Assembly: GCA_964057225.1 (NCBI GenBank)
Contig: OZ059894.1
Span: 12,214,001 to 12,278,000, forward strand
Length of the DNA: 64,000 nucleotides
Source: Auanema rhodensis
Taxonomy: Eukaryota; Animalia; Nematoda
Reading direction: 5' to 3'
In this document: positions 36,779-51,621 of the stretch, one piece after another
Layout: every line of letters begins with the position of its first letter
Position numbering within the stretch: position 1 is the stretch's first letter
Made by a program: the position numbers and the translations under genes
The notes under the pieces: model-generated
The model's database searches: none
What the model saw: only the letters and a program-made list of their open reading frames with translations
What the model was told of the DNA's origin: nothing

Positions 36779-37960
36779 ACAGTAAAAAGTCCAATCAAGA
36801 GAGAAATTTTTTCAACACATAGTTGTTTTTTTTTTAAATATCATTGTTTTTCCTCATAACTCGGTTTAAACTCGTTCTAACCCGTTGAAATACGTCTAGA
36901 AAGTCTTTATAACATGCATATGTATGATAGAACTTCATATTTATTGTAATAGAAAATTTTATTTTCAGACGTCTTGGTTAACAATGATATGTTTTACCCC
37001 CTTATAATTTTTATCATAATGTTCCTTATACGGAACGCTCAATGAAACTTGCTTCCAGAAAAATTTCTTTCTATTTTTTCTTCATATGTACGTAGATACT
37101 ATAGAGAACTATGATAGAAAACTTTAACATTCACGAAATCATCATTTCTCATTACGCTACGGAGGTTTAAAAAGCTGTGTTTTACCTTATAATAGACCGG
37201 AAAACCCTTGTGTTAAAACTGGACCGTTTTTACACATATAAAAATGTCCCGTATTCGGGACCCTAATGTAACTTTTGATTCCCTATATTTTTTTTCATGA
37301 AATTTACAATCTACTGTAGAAAGAAGAATTATTTTTATAAAAACTGTAAATTTTTGAAAAATGAAAACAAAACGAAAACAAAAACAACTTTTTTTTGAAC
37401 ATTTTCTCACACAAGGGTCCCCCCTTACCTACTTTTTTTCTCATTACTCGTTTCAACCTCATCCGATCACTCTGCAAACATGTTTAATCGTTCTAACTTG
37501 TTGAAATACGTCTTAAAAGTCTAAACAACATGCATATGCATAATAGAAACCACCCGAATAGGCCCCCACGCACTAAACGAGATATATACATTACCAGTAT
37601 AGTAATAGAACACATATTGAAGATTAATTCGATAAGAACAATTTATTGACGTAGAGAATGTTTGTTCCGAAAAACTACAATATTAAACTATAAAAGTAAC
37701 AAAAGCGTAGAGGCAGCAAAGACATGAATAAACATAAATGTAAATACAGAATTACCAGGTAGTACATAAGTATGACAAAAAATTATAAGAAAGCCATGAA
37801 AATAGAAGGTTTGTGAACAAATGAGAGGTACATCTTTGATCGTATAGTCATTTCTAAACCGTTCGTATGCTGCAGCATCGTCATAAGCGTCACTCAAGTT
37901 GAATTTCCATGTGTACTACACGATTTTCATTCTTATTGTTACATTCTTTCCCTGAGGGAA

Positions 37961-38144
37961 TGGGCCGTTCCCGCCAGCAGTGCAAGAGCGGGTCGACCCG
38001 TGAGGTGGAGCTAGCAAGCCAGCATCTACCTCAAGTCTCAAAAATCGGTTAACCTTATTGTGAACCAATGGAACACATATCGAAGGTTAATTCGATAAGA
38101 ACGATTACTACACTTTGATCTTAGCCAAAAGGCCGAGAAGCGAT
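37961..38144 (-). ncRNA. U2: U2 snRNA
   Basis: Array copy. Confidence 0.96.
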
Positions 38145-38586
38145 ACAGCATAGCCATGAGTATCAAAGACATCAAGCAAATGTATCGTACTTGTTACGAG
38201 TGCACTCTCTCATTTGAATATAAAAGTGTGGTTTGACAATCTTGACTGTACAGGTCATAAATGGCTCATATAAACTGTGGATTTACTCAACTTTTGGACT
38301 TATTTTTTTCTTATTCGAAGCGCTGCACTTTTTTCTATTCTTTTTATTCAAATACTTGTATATAGTTTTATATGTACGGTTGCAAAGTTTCCGAATATTT
38401 TATATATTTTTATACAATAATTAGGAGAAGGTTAATACAATGAAATCTCCCAACTTTACAGTGTTTGTATTGCTTACAGTATCTAGAACAACCACTCTTG
38501 TAATATTAGAGCACATATCAATCAACAACTTTTTCTAGTTATCAAAGCTTTTTTATTTCTTCAAGATATTTCAAATAAAATATAAA

Positions 38587-38705
38587 AGCTTACGACACCC
38601 GGGATTCCCAAGCCGTCTCCGATCCAAGTACTAACCGGGCCCAACGTTGCTTGACTTGCCAGATCGGACGGGATGGCGTACTTTCAACGTGGTATGGTCG
38701 TAAGC
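38587..38705 (-). rRNA. 5S: 5S rRNA
   Basis: Array copy. Confidence 0.97.
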
Positions 38706-38946
38706 AATGTTATATTCTTCATTATCAGTTATATCACTCTAAATCTTGTTGTTAATAGTTAGGACCACAAAGAAAACAACAGGAACAGTAACAAATGAAA
38801 TGCCCAAACTTTACAGTGTTCGAGTTATTTACAGTATCTAAGACTACCTCTGTCGTGTTATTAGAGCAAACATTCGATTAACAACAACTTTTTTTTAGTT
38901 ATCAAAGCTTTTTTATTTCTTCAAAAAATTTCAAATAAAATATAAA

Positions 38947-39065
38947 AGCTTACGACACCCGGGATTCCCAAGCCGTCTCCGATCCAAGTACTAACCGGGC
39001 CCAACGTTGCTTGACTTGCCAGATCGGACGGGATGGCGTACTTTCAACGTGGTATGGTCGTAAGC
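38947..39065 (-). rRNA. 5S: 5S rRNA
   Basis: Array copy. Confidence 0.97.
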
Positions 39066-39207
39066 AATGTCATATTCTTCATTATCAGTTATATCACTCT
39101 AAATCTTGTTGTTAATAGATACGACCACAAAGAAAACAACAGGAACAGTAACAATAACAAAAAAAATTTTTTTTTCACCTATGTGTCTAAAGGTTAGCCA
39201 TGTATCC

Positions 39208-39243
<36 letters not shown>

Positions 39244-40425
39244 ACAGTAAAAAGTCCAATCAAGAGAGAAATTTTTTCAACACATAGTTGTTTTTTTTTT
39301 AAATATCATTGTTTTTCCTCATAACTCGGTTTAAACTCGTTCTAACCCGTTGAAATACGTCTAGAAAGTCTTTATAACATGCATATGTATGATAGAACTT
39401 CATATTTATTGTAATAGAAAATTTTATTTTCAGACGTCTTGGTTAACAATGATATGTTTTACCCCCTTATAATTTTTATCATAATGTTCCTTATACGGAA
39501 CGCTCAATGAAACTTGCTTCCAGAAAAATTTCTTTCTATTTTTTCTTCATATGTACGTAGATACTATAGAGAACTATGATAGAAAACTTTAACATTCACG
39601 AAATCATCATTTCTCATTACGCTACGGAGGTTTAAAAAGCTGTGTTTTACCTTATAATAGACCGGAAAACCCTTGTGTTAAAACTGGACCGTTTTTACAC
39701 ATATAAAAATGTCCCGTATTCGGGACCCTAATGTAACTTTTGATTCCCTATATTTTTTTTCATGAAATTTACAATCTACTGTAGAAAGAAGAATTATTTT
39801 TATAAAAACTGTAAATTTTTGAAAAATGAAAACAAAACGAAAACAAAAACAACTTTTTTTTGAACATTTTCTCACACAAGGGTCCCCCCTTACCTACTTT
39901 TTTTCTCATTACTCGTTTCAACCTCATCCGATCACTCTGCAAACATGTTTAATCGTTCTAACTTGTTGAAATACGTCTTAAAAGTCTAAACAACATGCAT
40001 ATGCATAATAGAAACCACCCGAATAGGCCCCCACGCACTAAACGAGATATATACATTACCAGTATAGTAATAGAACACATATTGAAGATTAATTCGATAA
40101 GAACAATTTATTGACGTAGAGAATGTTTGTTCCGAAAAACTACAATATTAAACTATAAAAGTAACAAAAGCGTAGAGGCAGCAAAGACATGAATAAACAT
40201 AAATGTAAATACAGAATTACCAGGTAGTACATAAGTATGACAAAAAATTATAAGAAAGCCATGAAAATAGAAGGTTTGTGAACAAATGAGAGGTACATCT
40301 TTGATCGTATAGTCATTTCTAAACCGTTCGTATGCTGCAGCATCGTCATAAGCGTCACTCAAGTTGAATTTCCATGTGTACTACACGATTTTCATTCTTA
40401 TTGTTACATTCTTTCCCTGAGGGAA

Positions 40426-40609
40426 TGGGCCGTTCCCGCCAGCAGTGCAAGAGCGGGTCGACCCGTGAGGTGGAGCTAGCAAGCCAGCATCTACCTCAAG
40501 TCTCAAAAATCGGTTAACCTTATTGTGAACCAATGGAACACATATCGAAGGTTAATTCGATAAGAACGATTACTACACTTTGATCTTAGCCAAAAGGCCG
40601 AGAAGCGAT
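40426..40609 (-). ncRNA. U2: U2 snRNA
   Basis: Array copy. Confidence 0.96.
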
Positions 40610-41051
40610 ACAGCATAGCCATGAGTATCAAAGACATCAAGCAAATGTATCGTACTTGTTACGAGTGCACTCTCTCATTTGAATATAAAAGTGTGGTTTG
40701 ACAATCTTGACTGTACAGGTCATAAATGGCTCATATAAACTGTGGATTTACTCAACTTTTGGACTTATTTTTTTCTTATTCGAAGCGCTGCACTTTTTTC
40801 TATTCTTTTTATTCAAATACTTGTATATAGTTTTATATGTACGGTTGCAAAGTTTCCGAATATTTTATATATTTTTATACAATAATTAGGAGAAGGTTAA
40901 TACAATGAAATCTCCCAACTTTACAGTGTTTGTATTGCTTACAGTATCTAGAACAACCACTCTTGTAATATTAGAGCACATATCAATCAACAACTTTTTC
41001 TAGTTATCAAAGCTTTTTTATTTCTTCAAGATATTTCAAATAAAATATAAA

Positions 41052-41170
41052 AGCTTACGACACCCGGGATTCCCAAGCCGTCTCCGATCCAAGTACTAAC
41101 CGGGCCCAACGTTGCTTGACTTGCCAGATCGGACGGGATGGCGTACTTTCAACGTGGTATGGTCGTAAGC
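41052..41170 (-). rRNA. 5S: 5S rRNA
   Basis: Array copy. Confidence 0.97.
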
Positions 41171-41411
41171 AATGTTATATTCTTCATTATCAGTTATATC
41201 ACTCTAAATCTTGTTGTTAATAGTTAGGACCACAAAGAAAACAACAGGAACAGTAACAAATGAAATGCCCAAACTTTACAGTGTTCGAGTTATTTACAGT
41301 ATCTAAGACTACCTCTGTCGTGTTATTAGAGCAAACATTCGATTAACAACAACTTTTTTTTAGTTATCAAAGCTTTTTTATTTCTTCAAAAAATTTCAAA
41401 TAAAATATAAA

Positions 41412-41530
41412 AGCTTACGACACCCGGGATTCCCAAGCCGTCTCCGATCCAAGTACTAACCGGGCCCAACGTTGCTTGACTTGCCAGATCGGACGGGATG
41501 GCGTACTTTCAACGTGGTATGGTCGTAAGC
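41412..41530 (-). rRNA. 5S: 5S rRNA
   Basis: Array copy. Confidence 0.97.
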
Positions 41531-41672
41531 AATGTCATATTCTTCATTATCAGTTATATCACTCTAAATCTTGTTGTTAATAGATACGACCACAAAGAAA
41601 ACAACAGGAACAGTAACAATAACAAAAAAAATTTTTTTTTCACCTATGTGTCTAAAGGTTAGCCATGTATCC

Positions 41673-41718
<46 letters not shown>

Positions 41719-42900
41719 ACAGTAAAAAGTCCAATCAAGAGAGAAATTTTTTCAACACATAGTTTTTTTTTTTTTAAATATCATTGTTTTTCCTCATAAC
41801 TCGGTTTAAACTCGTTCTAACCCGTTGAAATACGTCTAGAAAGTCTTTATAACATGCATATGTATGATAGAACTTCATATTTATTGTAATAGAAAATTTT
41901 ATTTTCAGACGTCTTGGTTAACAATGATATGTTTTACCCCCTTATAATTTTTATCATAATGTTCCTTATACGGAACGCTCAATGAAACTTGCTTCCAGAA
42001 AAATTTCTTTCTATTTTTTCTTCATATGTACGTAGATACTATAGAGAACTATGATAGAAAACTTTAACATTCACGAAATCATCATTTCTCATTACGCTAC
42101 GGAGGTTTAAAAAGCTGTGTTTTACCTTATAATAGACCGGAAAACCCTTGTGTTAAAACTGGACCGTTTTTACACATATAAAAATGTCCCGTATTCGGGA
42201 CCCTAATGTAACTTTTGATTCCCTATATTTTTTTTCATGAAATTTACAATCTACTGTAGAAAGAAGAATTATTTTTATAAAAACTGTAAATTTTTGAAAA
42301 ATGAAAACAAAACGAAAACAAAAACAACTTTTTTTTGAACATTTTCTCACACAAGGGTCCCCCCTTACCTACTTTTTTTCTCATTACTCGTTTCAACCTC
42401 ATCCGATCACTCTGCAAACATGTTTAATCGTTCTAACTTGTTGAAATACGTCTTAAAAGTCTAAACAACATGCATATGCATAATAGAAACCACCCGAATA
42501 GGCCCCCACGCACTAAACGAGATATATACATTACCAGTATAGTAATAGAACACATATTGAAGATTAATTCGATAAGAACAATTTATTGACGTAGAGAATG
42601 TTTGTTCCGAAAAACTACAATATTAAACTATAAAAGTAACAAAAGCGTAGAGGCAGCAAAGACATGAATAAACATAAATGTAAATACAGAATTACCAGGT
42701 AGTACATAAGTATGACAAAAAATTATAAGAAAGCCATGAAAATAGAAGGTTTGTGAACAAATGAGAGGTACATCTTTGATCGTATAGTCATTTCTAAACC
42801 GTTCGTATGCTGCAGCATCGTCATAAGCGTCACTCAAGTTGAATTTCCATGTGTACTACACGATTTTCATTCTTATTGTTACATTCTTTCCCTGAGGGAA

Positions 42901-43084
42901 TGGGCCGTTCCCGCCAGCAGTGCAAGAGCGGGTCGACCCGTGAGGTGGAGCTAGCAAGCCAGCATCTACCTCAAGTCTCAAAAATCGGTTAACCTTATTG
43001 TGAACCAATGGAACACATATCGAAGGTTAATTCGATAAGAACGATTACTACACTTTGATCTTAGCCAAAAGGCCGAGAAGCGAT
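42901..43084 (-). ncRNA. U2: U2 snRNA
   Basis: Array copy. Confidence 0.96.
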
Positions 43085-43526
43085 ACAGCATAGCCATGAG
43101 TATCAAAGACATCAAGCAAATGTATCGTACTTGTTACGAGTGCACTCTCTCATTTGAATATAAAAGTGTGGTTTGACAATCTTGACTGTACAGGTCATAA
43201 ATGGCTCATATAAACTGTGGATTTACTCAACTTTTGGACTTATTTTTTTCTTATTCGAAGCGCTGCACTTTTTTCTATTCTTTTTATTCAAATACTTGTA
43301 TATAGTTTTATATGTACGGTTGCAAAGTTTCCGAATATTTTATATATTTTTATACAATAATTAGGAGAAGGTTAATACAATGAAATCTCCCAACTTTACA
43401 GTGTTTGTATTGCTTACAGTATCTAGAACAACCACTCTTGTAATATTAGAGCACATATCAATCAACAACTTTTTCTAGTTATCAAAGCTTTTTTATTTCT
43501 TCAAGATATTTCAAATAAAATATAAA

Positions 43527-43645
43527 AGCTTACGACACCCGGGATTCCCAAGCCGTCTCCGATCCAAGTACTAACCGGGCCCAACGTTGCTTGACTTGCC
43601 AGATCGGACGGGATGGCGTACTTTCAACGTGGTATGGTCGTAAGC
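43527..43645 (-). rRNA. 5S: 5S rRNA
   Basis: Array copy. Confidence 0.97.
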
Positions 43646-43886
43646 AATGTTATATTCTTCATTATCAGTTATATCACTCTAAATCTTGTTGTTAATAGTT
43701 AGGACCACAAAGAAAACAACAGGAACAGTAACAAATGAAATGCCCAAACTTTACAGTGTTCGAGTTATTTACAGTATCTAAGACTACCTCTGTCGTGTTA
43801 TTAGAGCAAACATTCGATTAACAACAACTTTTTTTTAGTTATCAAAGCTTTTTTATTTCTTCAAAAAATTTCAAATAAAATATAAA

Positions 43887-44005
43887 AGCTTACGACACCC
43901 GGGATTCCCAAGCCGTCTCCGATCCAAGTACTAACCGGGCCCAACGTTGCTTGACTTGCCAGATCGGACGGGATGGCGTACTTTCAACGTGGTATGGTCG
44001 TAAGC
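43887..44005 (-). rRNA. 5S: 5S rRNA
   Basis: Array copy. Confidence 0.97.
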
Positions 44006-44147
44006 AATGTCATATTCTTCATTATCAGTTATATCACTCTAAATCTTGTTGTTAATAGATACGACCACAAAGAAAACAACAGGAACAGTAACAATAACAA
44101 AAAAAATTTTTTTTTCACCTATGTGTCTAAAGGTTAGCCATGTATCC

Positions 44148-44199
<52 letters not shown>

Positions 44200-45381
44200 A
44201 CAGTAAAAAGTCCAATCAAGAGAGAAATTTTTTCAACACATAGTTGTTTTTTTTTTAAATATCATTGTTTTTCCTCATAACTCGGTTTAAACTCGTTCTA
44301 ACCCGTTGAAATACGTCTAGAAAGTCTTTATAACATGCATATGTATGATAGAACTTCATATTTATTGTAATAGAAAATTTTATTTTCAGACGTCTTGGTT
44401 AACAATGATATGTTTTACCCCCTTATAATTTTTATCATAATGTTCCTTATACGGAACGCTCAATGAAACTTGCTTCCAGAAAAATTTCTTTCTATTTTTT
44501 CTTCATATGTACGTAGATACTATAGAGAACTATGATAGAAAACTTTAACATTCACGAAATCATCATTTCTCATTACGCTACGGAGGTTTAAAAAGCTGTG
44601 TTTTACCTTATAATAGACCGGAAAACCCTTGTGTTAAAACTGGACCGTTTTTACACATATAAAAATGTCCCGTATTCGGGACCCTAATGTAACTTTTGAT
44701 TCCCTATATTTTTTTTCATGAAATTTACAATCTACTGTAGAAAGAAGAATTATTTTTATAAAAACTGTAAATTTTTGAAAAATGAAAACAAAACGAAAAC
44801 AAAAACAACTTTTTTTTGAACATTTTCTCACACAAGGGTCCCCCCTTACCTACTTTTTTTCTCATTACTCGTTTCAACCTCATCCGATCACTCTGCAAAC
44901 ATGTTTAATCGTTCTAACTTGTTGAAATACGTCTTAAAAGTCTAAACAACATGCATATGCATAATAGAAACCACCCGAATAGGCCCCCACGCACTAAACG
45001 AGATATATACATTACCAGTATAGTAATAGAACACATATTGAAGATTAATTCGATAAGAACAATTTATTGACGTAGAGAATGTTTGTTCCGAAAAACTACA
45101 ATATTAAACTATAAAAGTAACAAAAGCGTAGAGGCAGCAAAGACATGAATAAACATAAATGTAAATACAGAATTACCAGGTAGTACATAAGTATGACAAA
45201 AAATTATAAGAAAGCCATGAAAATAGAAGGTTTGTGAACAAATGAGAGGTACATCTTTGATCGTATAGTCATTTCTAAACCGTTCGTATGCTGCAGCATC
45301 GTCATAAGCGTCACTCAAGTTGAATTTCCATGTGTACTACACGATTTTCATTCTTATTGTTACATTCTTTCCCTGAGGGAA

Positions 45382-45565
45382 TGGGCCGTTCCCGCCAGCA
45401 GTGCAAGAGCGGGTCGACCCGTGAGGTGGAGCTAGCAAGCCAGCATCTACCTCAAGTCTCAAAAATCGGTTAACCTTATTGTGAACCAATGGAACACATA
45501 TCGAAGGTTAATTCGATAAGAACGATTACTACACTTTGATCTTAGCCAAAAGGCCGAGAAGCGAT
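45382..45565 (-). ncRNA. U2: U2 snRNA
   Basis: Array copy. Confidence 0.96.
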
Positions 45566-46007
45566 ACAGCATAGCCATGAGTATCAAAGACATCAAGCAA
45601 ATGTATCGTACTTGTTACGAGTGCACTCTCTCATTTGAATATAAAAGTGTGGTTTGACAATCTTGACTGTACAGGTCATAAATGGCTCATATAAACTGTG
45701 GATTTACTCAACTTTTGGACTTATTTTTTTCTTATTCGAAGCGCTGCACTTTTTTCTATTCTTTTTATTCAAATACTTGTATATAGTTTTATATGTACGG
45801 TTGCAAAGTTTCCGAATATTTTATATATTTTTATACAATAATTAGGAGAAGGTTAATACAATGAAATCTCCCAACTTTACAGTGTTTGTATTGCTTACAG
45901 TATCTAGAACAACCACTCTTGTAATATTAGAGCACATATCAATCAACAACTTTTTCTAGTTATCAAAGCTTTTTTATTTCTTCAAGATATTTCAAATAAA
46001 ATATAAA

Positions 46008-46126
46008 AGCTTACGACACCCGGGATTCCCAAGCCGTCTCCGATCCAAGTACTAACCGGGCCCAACGTTGCTTGACTTGCCAGATCGGACGGGATGGCGT
46101 ACTTTCAACGTGGTATGGTCGTAAGC
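46008..46126 (-). rRNA. 5S: 5S rRNA
   Basis: Array copy. Confidence 0.97.
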
Positions 46127-46367
46127 AATGTTATATTCTTCATTATCAGTTATATCACTCTAAATCTTGTTGTTAATAGTTAGGACCACAAAGAAAACAA
46201 CAGGAACAGTAACAAATGAAATGCCCAAACTTTACAGTGTTCGAGTTATTTACAGTATCTAAGACTACCTCTGTCGTGTTATTAGAGCAAACATTCGATT
46301 AACAACAACTTTTTTTTAGTTATCAAAGCTTTTTTATTTCTTCAAAAAATTTCAAATAAAATATAAA

Positions 46368-46486
46368 AGCTTACGACACCCGGGATTCCCAAGCCGTCTC
46401 CGATCCAAGTACTAACCGGGCCCAACGTTGCTTGACTTGCCAGATCGGACGGGATGGCGTACTTTCAACGTGGTATGGTCGTAAGC
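46368..46486 (-). rRNA. 5S: 5S rRNA
   Basis: Array copy. Confidence 0.97.
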
Positions 46487-46628
46487 AATGTCATATTCTT
46501 CATTATCAGTTATATCACTCTAAATCTTGTTGTTAATAGATACGACCACAAAGAAAACAACAGGAACAGTAACAATAACAAAAAAAATTTTTTTTTCACC
46601 TATGTGTCTAAAGGTTAGCCATGTATCC

Positions 46629-46664
<36 letters not shown>

Positions 46665-47846
46665 ACAGTAAAAAGTCCAATCAAGAGAGAAATTTTTTCA
46701 ACACATAGTTGTTTTTTTTTTAAATATCATTGTTTTTCCTCATAACTCGGTTTAAACTCGTTCTAACCCGTTGAAATACGTCTAGAAAGTCTTTATAACA
46801 TGCATATGTATGATAGAACTTCGTATTTATTGTAATAGAAAATTTTATTTTCAGACGTCTTGGTTAACAATGATATGTTTTACCCCCTTATAATTTTTAT
46901 CATAATGTTCCTTATACGGAACGCTCAATGAAACTTGCTTCCAGAAAAATTTCTTTCTATTTTTTCTTCATATGTACGTAGATACTATAGAGAACTATGA
47001 TAGAAAACTTTAACATTCACGAAATCATCATTTCTCATTACGCTACGGAGGTTTAAAAAGCTGTGTTTTACCTTATAATAGACCGGAAAACCCTTGTGTT
47101 AAAACTGGACCGTTTTTACACATATAAAAATGTCCCGTATTCGGGACCCTAATGTAACTTTTGATTCCCTATATTTTTTTTCATGAAATTTACAATCTAC
47201 TGTAGAAAGAAGAATTATTTTTATAAAAACTGTAAATTTTTGAAAAATGAAAACAAAACGAAAACAAAAACAACTTTTTTTTGAACATTTTCTCACACAA
47301 GGGTCCCCCCTTACCTACTTTTTTTCTCATTACTCGTTTCAACCTCATCCGATCACTCTGCAAACATGTTTAATCGTTCTAACTTGTTGAAATACGTCTT
47401 AAAAGTCTAAACAACATGCATATGCATAATAGAAACCACCCGAATAGGCCCCCACGCACTAAACGAGATATATACATTACCAGTATAGTAATAGAACACA
47501 TATTGAAGATTAATTCGATAAGAACAATTTATTGACGTAGAGAATGTTTGTTCCGAAAAACTACAATATTAAACTATAAAAGTAACAAAAGCGTAGAGGC
47601 AGCAAAGACATGAATAAACATAAATGTAAATACAGAATTACCAGGTAGTACATAAGTATGACAAAAAATTATAAGAAAGCCATGAAAATAGAAGGTTTGT
47701 GAACAAATGAGAGGTACATCTTTGATCGTATAGTCATTTCTAAACCGTTCGTATGCTGCAGCATCGTCATAAGCGTCACTCAAGTTGAATTTCCATGTGT
47801 ACTACACGATTTTCATTCTTATTGTTACATTCTTTCCCTGAGGGAA

Positions 47847-48030
47847 TGGGCCGTTCCCGCCAGCAGTGCAAGAGCGGGTCGACCCGTGAGGTGGAGCTAG
47901 CAAGCCAGCATCTACCTCAAGTCTCAAAAATCGGTTAACCTTATTGTGAACCAATGGAACACATATCGAAGGTTAATTCGATAAGAACGATTACTACACT
48001 TTGATCTTAGCCAAAAGGCCGAGAAGCGAT
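47847..48030 (-). ncRNA. U2: U2 snRNA
   Basis: Array copy. Confidence 0.96.
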
Positions 48031-48472
48031 ACAGCATAGCCATGAGTATCAAAGACATCAAGCAAATGTATCGTACTTGTTACGAGTGCACTCTCTCATT
48101 TGAATATAAAAGTGTGGTTTGACAATCTTGACTGTACAGGTCATAAATGGCTCATATAAACTGTGGATTTACTCAACTTTTGGACTTATTTTTTTCTTAT
48201 TCGAAGCGCTGCACTTTTTTCTATTCTTTTTATTCAAATACTTGTATATAGTTTTATATGTACGGTTGCAAAGTTTCCGAATATTTTATATATTTTTATA
48301 CAATAATTAGGAGAAGGTTAATACAATGAAATCTCCCAACTTTACAGTGTTTGTATTGCTTACAGTATCTAGAACAACCACTCTTGTAATATTAGAGCAC
48401 ATATCAATCAACAACTTTTTCTAGTTATCAAAGCTTTTTTATTTCTTCAAGATATTTCAAATAAAATATAAA

Positions 48473-48591
48473 AGCTTACGACACCCGGGATTCCCAAGCC
48501 GTCTCCGATCCAAGTACTAACCGGGCCCAACGTTGCTTGACTTGCCAGATCGGACGGGATGGCGTACTTTCAACGTGGTATGGTCGTAAGC
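48473..48591 (-). rRNA. 5S: 5S rRNA
   Basis: Array copy. Confidence 0.97.
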
Positions 48592-48832
48592 AATGTTATA
48601 TTCTTCATTATCAGTTATATCACTCTAAATCTTGTTGTTAATAGTTAGGACCACAAAGAAAACAACAGGAACAGTAACAAATGAAATGCCCAAACTTTAC
48701 AGTGTTCGAGTTATTTACAGTATCTAAGACTACCTCTGTCGTGTTATTAGAGCAAACATTCGATTAACAACAACTTTTTTTTAGTTATCAAAGCTTTTTT
48801 ATTTCTTCAAAAAATTTCAAATAAAATATAAA

Positions 48833-48951
48833 AGCTTACGACACCCGGGATTCCCAAGCCGTCTCCGATCCAAGTACTAACCGGGCCCAACGTTGCTTGA
48901 CTTGCCAGATCGGACGGGATGGCGTACTTTCAACGTGGTATGGTCGTAAGC
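48833..48951 (-). rRNA. 5S: 5S rRNA
   Basis: Array copy. Confidence 0.97.
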
Positions 48952-49093
48952 AATGTCATATTCTTCATTATCAGTTATATCACTCTAAATCTTGTTGTTA
49001 ATAGATACGACCACAAAGAAAACAACAGGAACAGTAACAATAACAAAAAAAATTTTTTTTTCACCTATGTGTCTAAAGGTTAGCCATGTATCC

Positions 49094-49143
<50 letters not shown>

Positions 49144-50324
49144 ACAGTAAAAAGTCCAATCAAGAGAGAAATTTTTTCAACACATAGTTGTTTTTTTTTT
49201 AAATATCATTGTTTTTCCTCATAACTCGGTTTAAACTCGTTCTAACCCGTTGAAATACGTCTAGAAAGTCTTTATAACATGCATATGTATGATAGAACTT
49301 CATATTTATTGTAATAGAAAATTTTATTTTCAGACGTCTTGGTTAACAATGATATGTTTTACCCCCTTATAATTTTTATCATAATGTTCCTTATACGGAA
49401 CGCTCAATGAAACTTGCTTCCAGAAAAATTTCTTTCTATTTTTTCTTCATATGTACGTAGATACTATAGAGAACTATGATAGAAAACTTTAACATTCACG
49501 AAATCATCATTTCTCATTACGCTACGGAGGTTTAAAAAGCTGTGTTTTACCTTATAATAGACCGGAAAACCCTTGTGTTAAAACTGGACCGTTTTTACAC
49601 ATATAAAAATGTCCCGTATTCGGGACCCTAATGTAACTTTTGATTCCCTATATTTTTTTTCATGAAATTTACAATCTACTGTAGAAAGAAGAATTATTTT
49701 TATAAAAACTGTAAATTTTTGAAAAATGAAAACAAAACGAAAACAAAAACAACTTTTTTTTGAACATTTTCTCACACAAGGGTCCCCCCTTACCTACTTT
49801 TTTTCTCATTACTCGTTTCAACCTCATCCGATCACTCTGCAAACATGTTTAATCGTTCTAACTTGTTGAAATACGTCTTAAAAGTCTAAACAACATGCAT
49901 ATGCATAATAGAAACCACCCGAATAGGCCCCCACGCACTAAACGAGATATATACATTACCAGTATAGTAATAGAACACATATTGAAGATTAATTCGATAA
50001 GAACAATTTATTGACGTAGAGAATGTTTGTTCCGAAAAACTACAATATTAAACTATAAAAGTAACAAAAGCGTAGAGGCAGCAAAGACATGAATAAACAT
50101 AAATGTAAATACAGAATTACCAGGTAGTACATAAGTATGACAAAAATTATAAGAAAGCCATGAAAATAGAAGGTTTGTGAACAAATGAGAGGTACATCTT
50201 TGATCGTATAGTCATTTCTAAACCGTTCGTATGCTGCAGCATCGTCATAAGCGTCACTCAAGTTGAATTTCCATGTGTACTACACGATTTTCATTCTTAT
50301 TGTTACATTCTTTCCCTGAGGGAA

Positions 50325-50508
50325 TGGGCCGTTCCCGCCAGCAGTGCAAGAGCGGGTCGACCCGTGAGGTGGAGCTAGCAAGCCAGCATCTACCTCAAGT
50401 CTCAAAAATCGGTTAACCTTATTGTGAACCAATGGAACACATATCGAAGGTTAATTCGATAAGAACGATTACTACACTTTGATCTTAGCCAAAAGGCCGA
50501 GAAGCGAT
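50325..50508 (-). ncRNA. U2: U2 snRNA
   Basis: Array copy. Confidence 0.96.
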
Positions 50509-50950
50509 ACAGCATAGCCATGAGTATCAAAGACATCAAGCAAATGTATCGTACTTGTTACGAGTGCACTCTCTCATTTGAATATAAAAGTGTGGTTTGA
50601 CAATCTTGACTGTACAGGTCATAAATGGCTCATATAAACTGTGGATTTACTCAACTTTTGGACTTATTTTTTTCTTATTCGAAGCGCTGCACTTTTTTCT
50701 ATTCTTTTTATTCAAATACTTGTATATAGTTTTATATGTACGGTTGCAAAGTTTCCGAATATTTTATATATTTTTATACAATAATTAGGAGAAGGTTAAT
50801 ACAATGAAATCTCCCAACTTTACAGTGTTTGTATTGCTTACAGTATCTAGAACAACCACTCTTGTAATATTAGAGCACATATCAATCAACAACTTTTTCT
50901 AGTTATCAAAGCTTTTTTATTTCTTCAAGATATTTCAAATAAAATATAAA

Positions 50951-51069
50951 AGCTTACGACACCCGGGATTCCCAAGCCGTCTCCGATCCAAGTACTAACC
51001 GGGCCCAACGTTGCTTGACTTGCCAGATCGGACGGGATGGCGTACTTTCAACGTGGTATGGTCGTAAGC
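50951..51069 (-). rRNA. 5S: 5S rRNA
   Basis: Array copy. Confidence 0.97.
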
Positions 51070-51310
51070 AATGTTATATTCTTCATTATCAGTTATATCA
51101 CTCTAAATCTTGTTGTTAATAGTTAGGACCACAAAGAAAACAACAGGAACAGTAACAAATGAAATGCCCAAACTTTACAGTGTTCGAGTTATTTACAGTA
51201 TCTAAGACTACCTCTGTCGTGTTATTAGAGCAAACATTCGATTAACAACAACTTTTTTTTAGTTATCAAAGCTTTTTTATTTCTTCAAAAAATTTCAAAT
51301 AAAATATAAA

Positions 51311-51429
51311 AGCTTACGACACCCGGGATTCCCAAGCCGTCTCCGATCCAAGTACTAACCGGGCCCAACGTTGCTTGACTTGCCAGATCGGACGGGATGG
51401 CGTACTTTCAACGTGGTATGGTCGTAAGC
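51311..51429 (-). rRNA. 5S: 5S rRNA
   Basis: Array copy. Confidence 0.97.
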
Positions 51430-51571
51430 AATGTCATATTCTTCATTATCAGTTATATCACTCTAAATCTTGTTGTTAATAGATACGACCACAAAGAAAA
51501 CAACAGGAACAGTAACAATAACAAAAAAAATTTTTTTTTCACCTATGTGTCTAAAGGTTAGCCATGTATCC

Positions 51572-51621
<50 letters not shown>
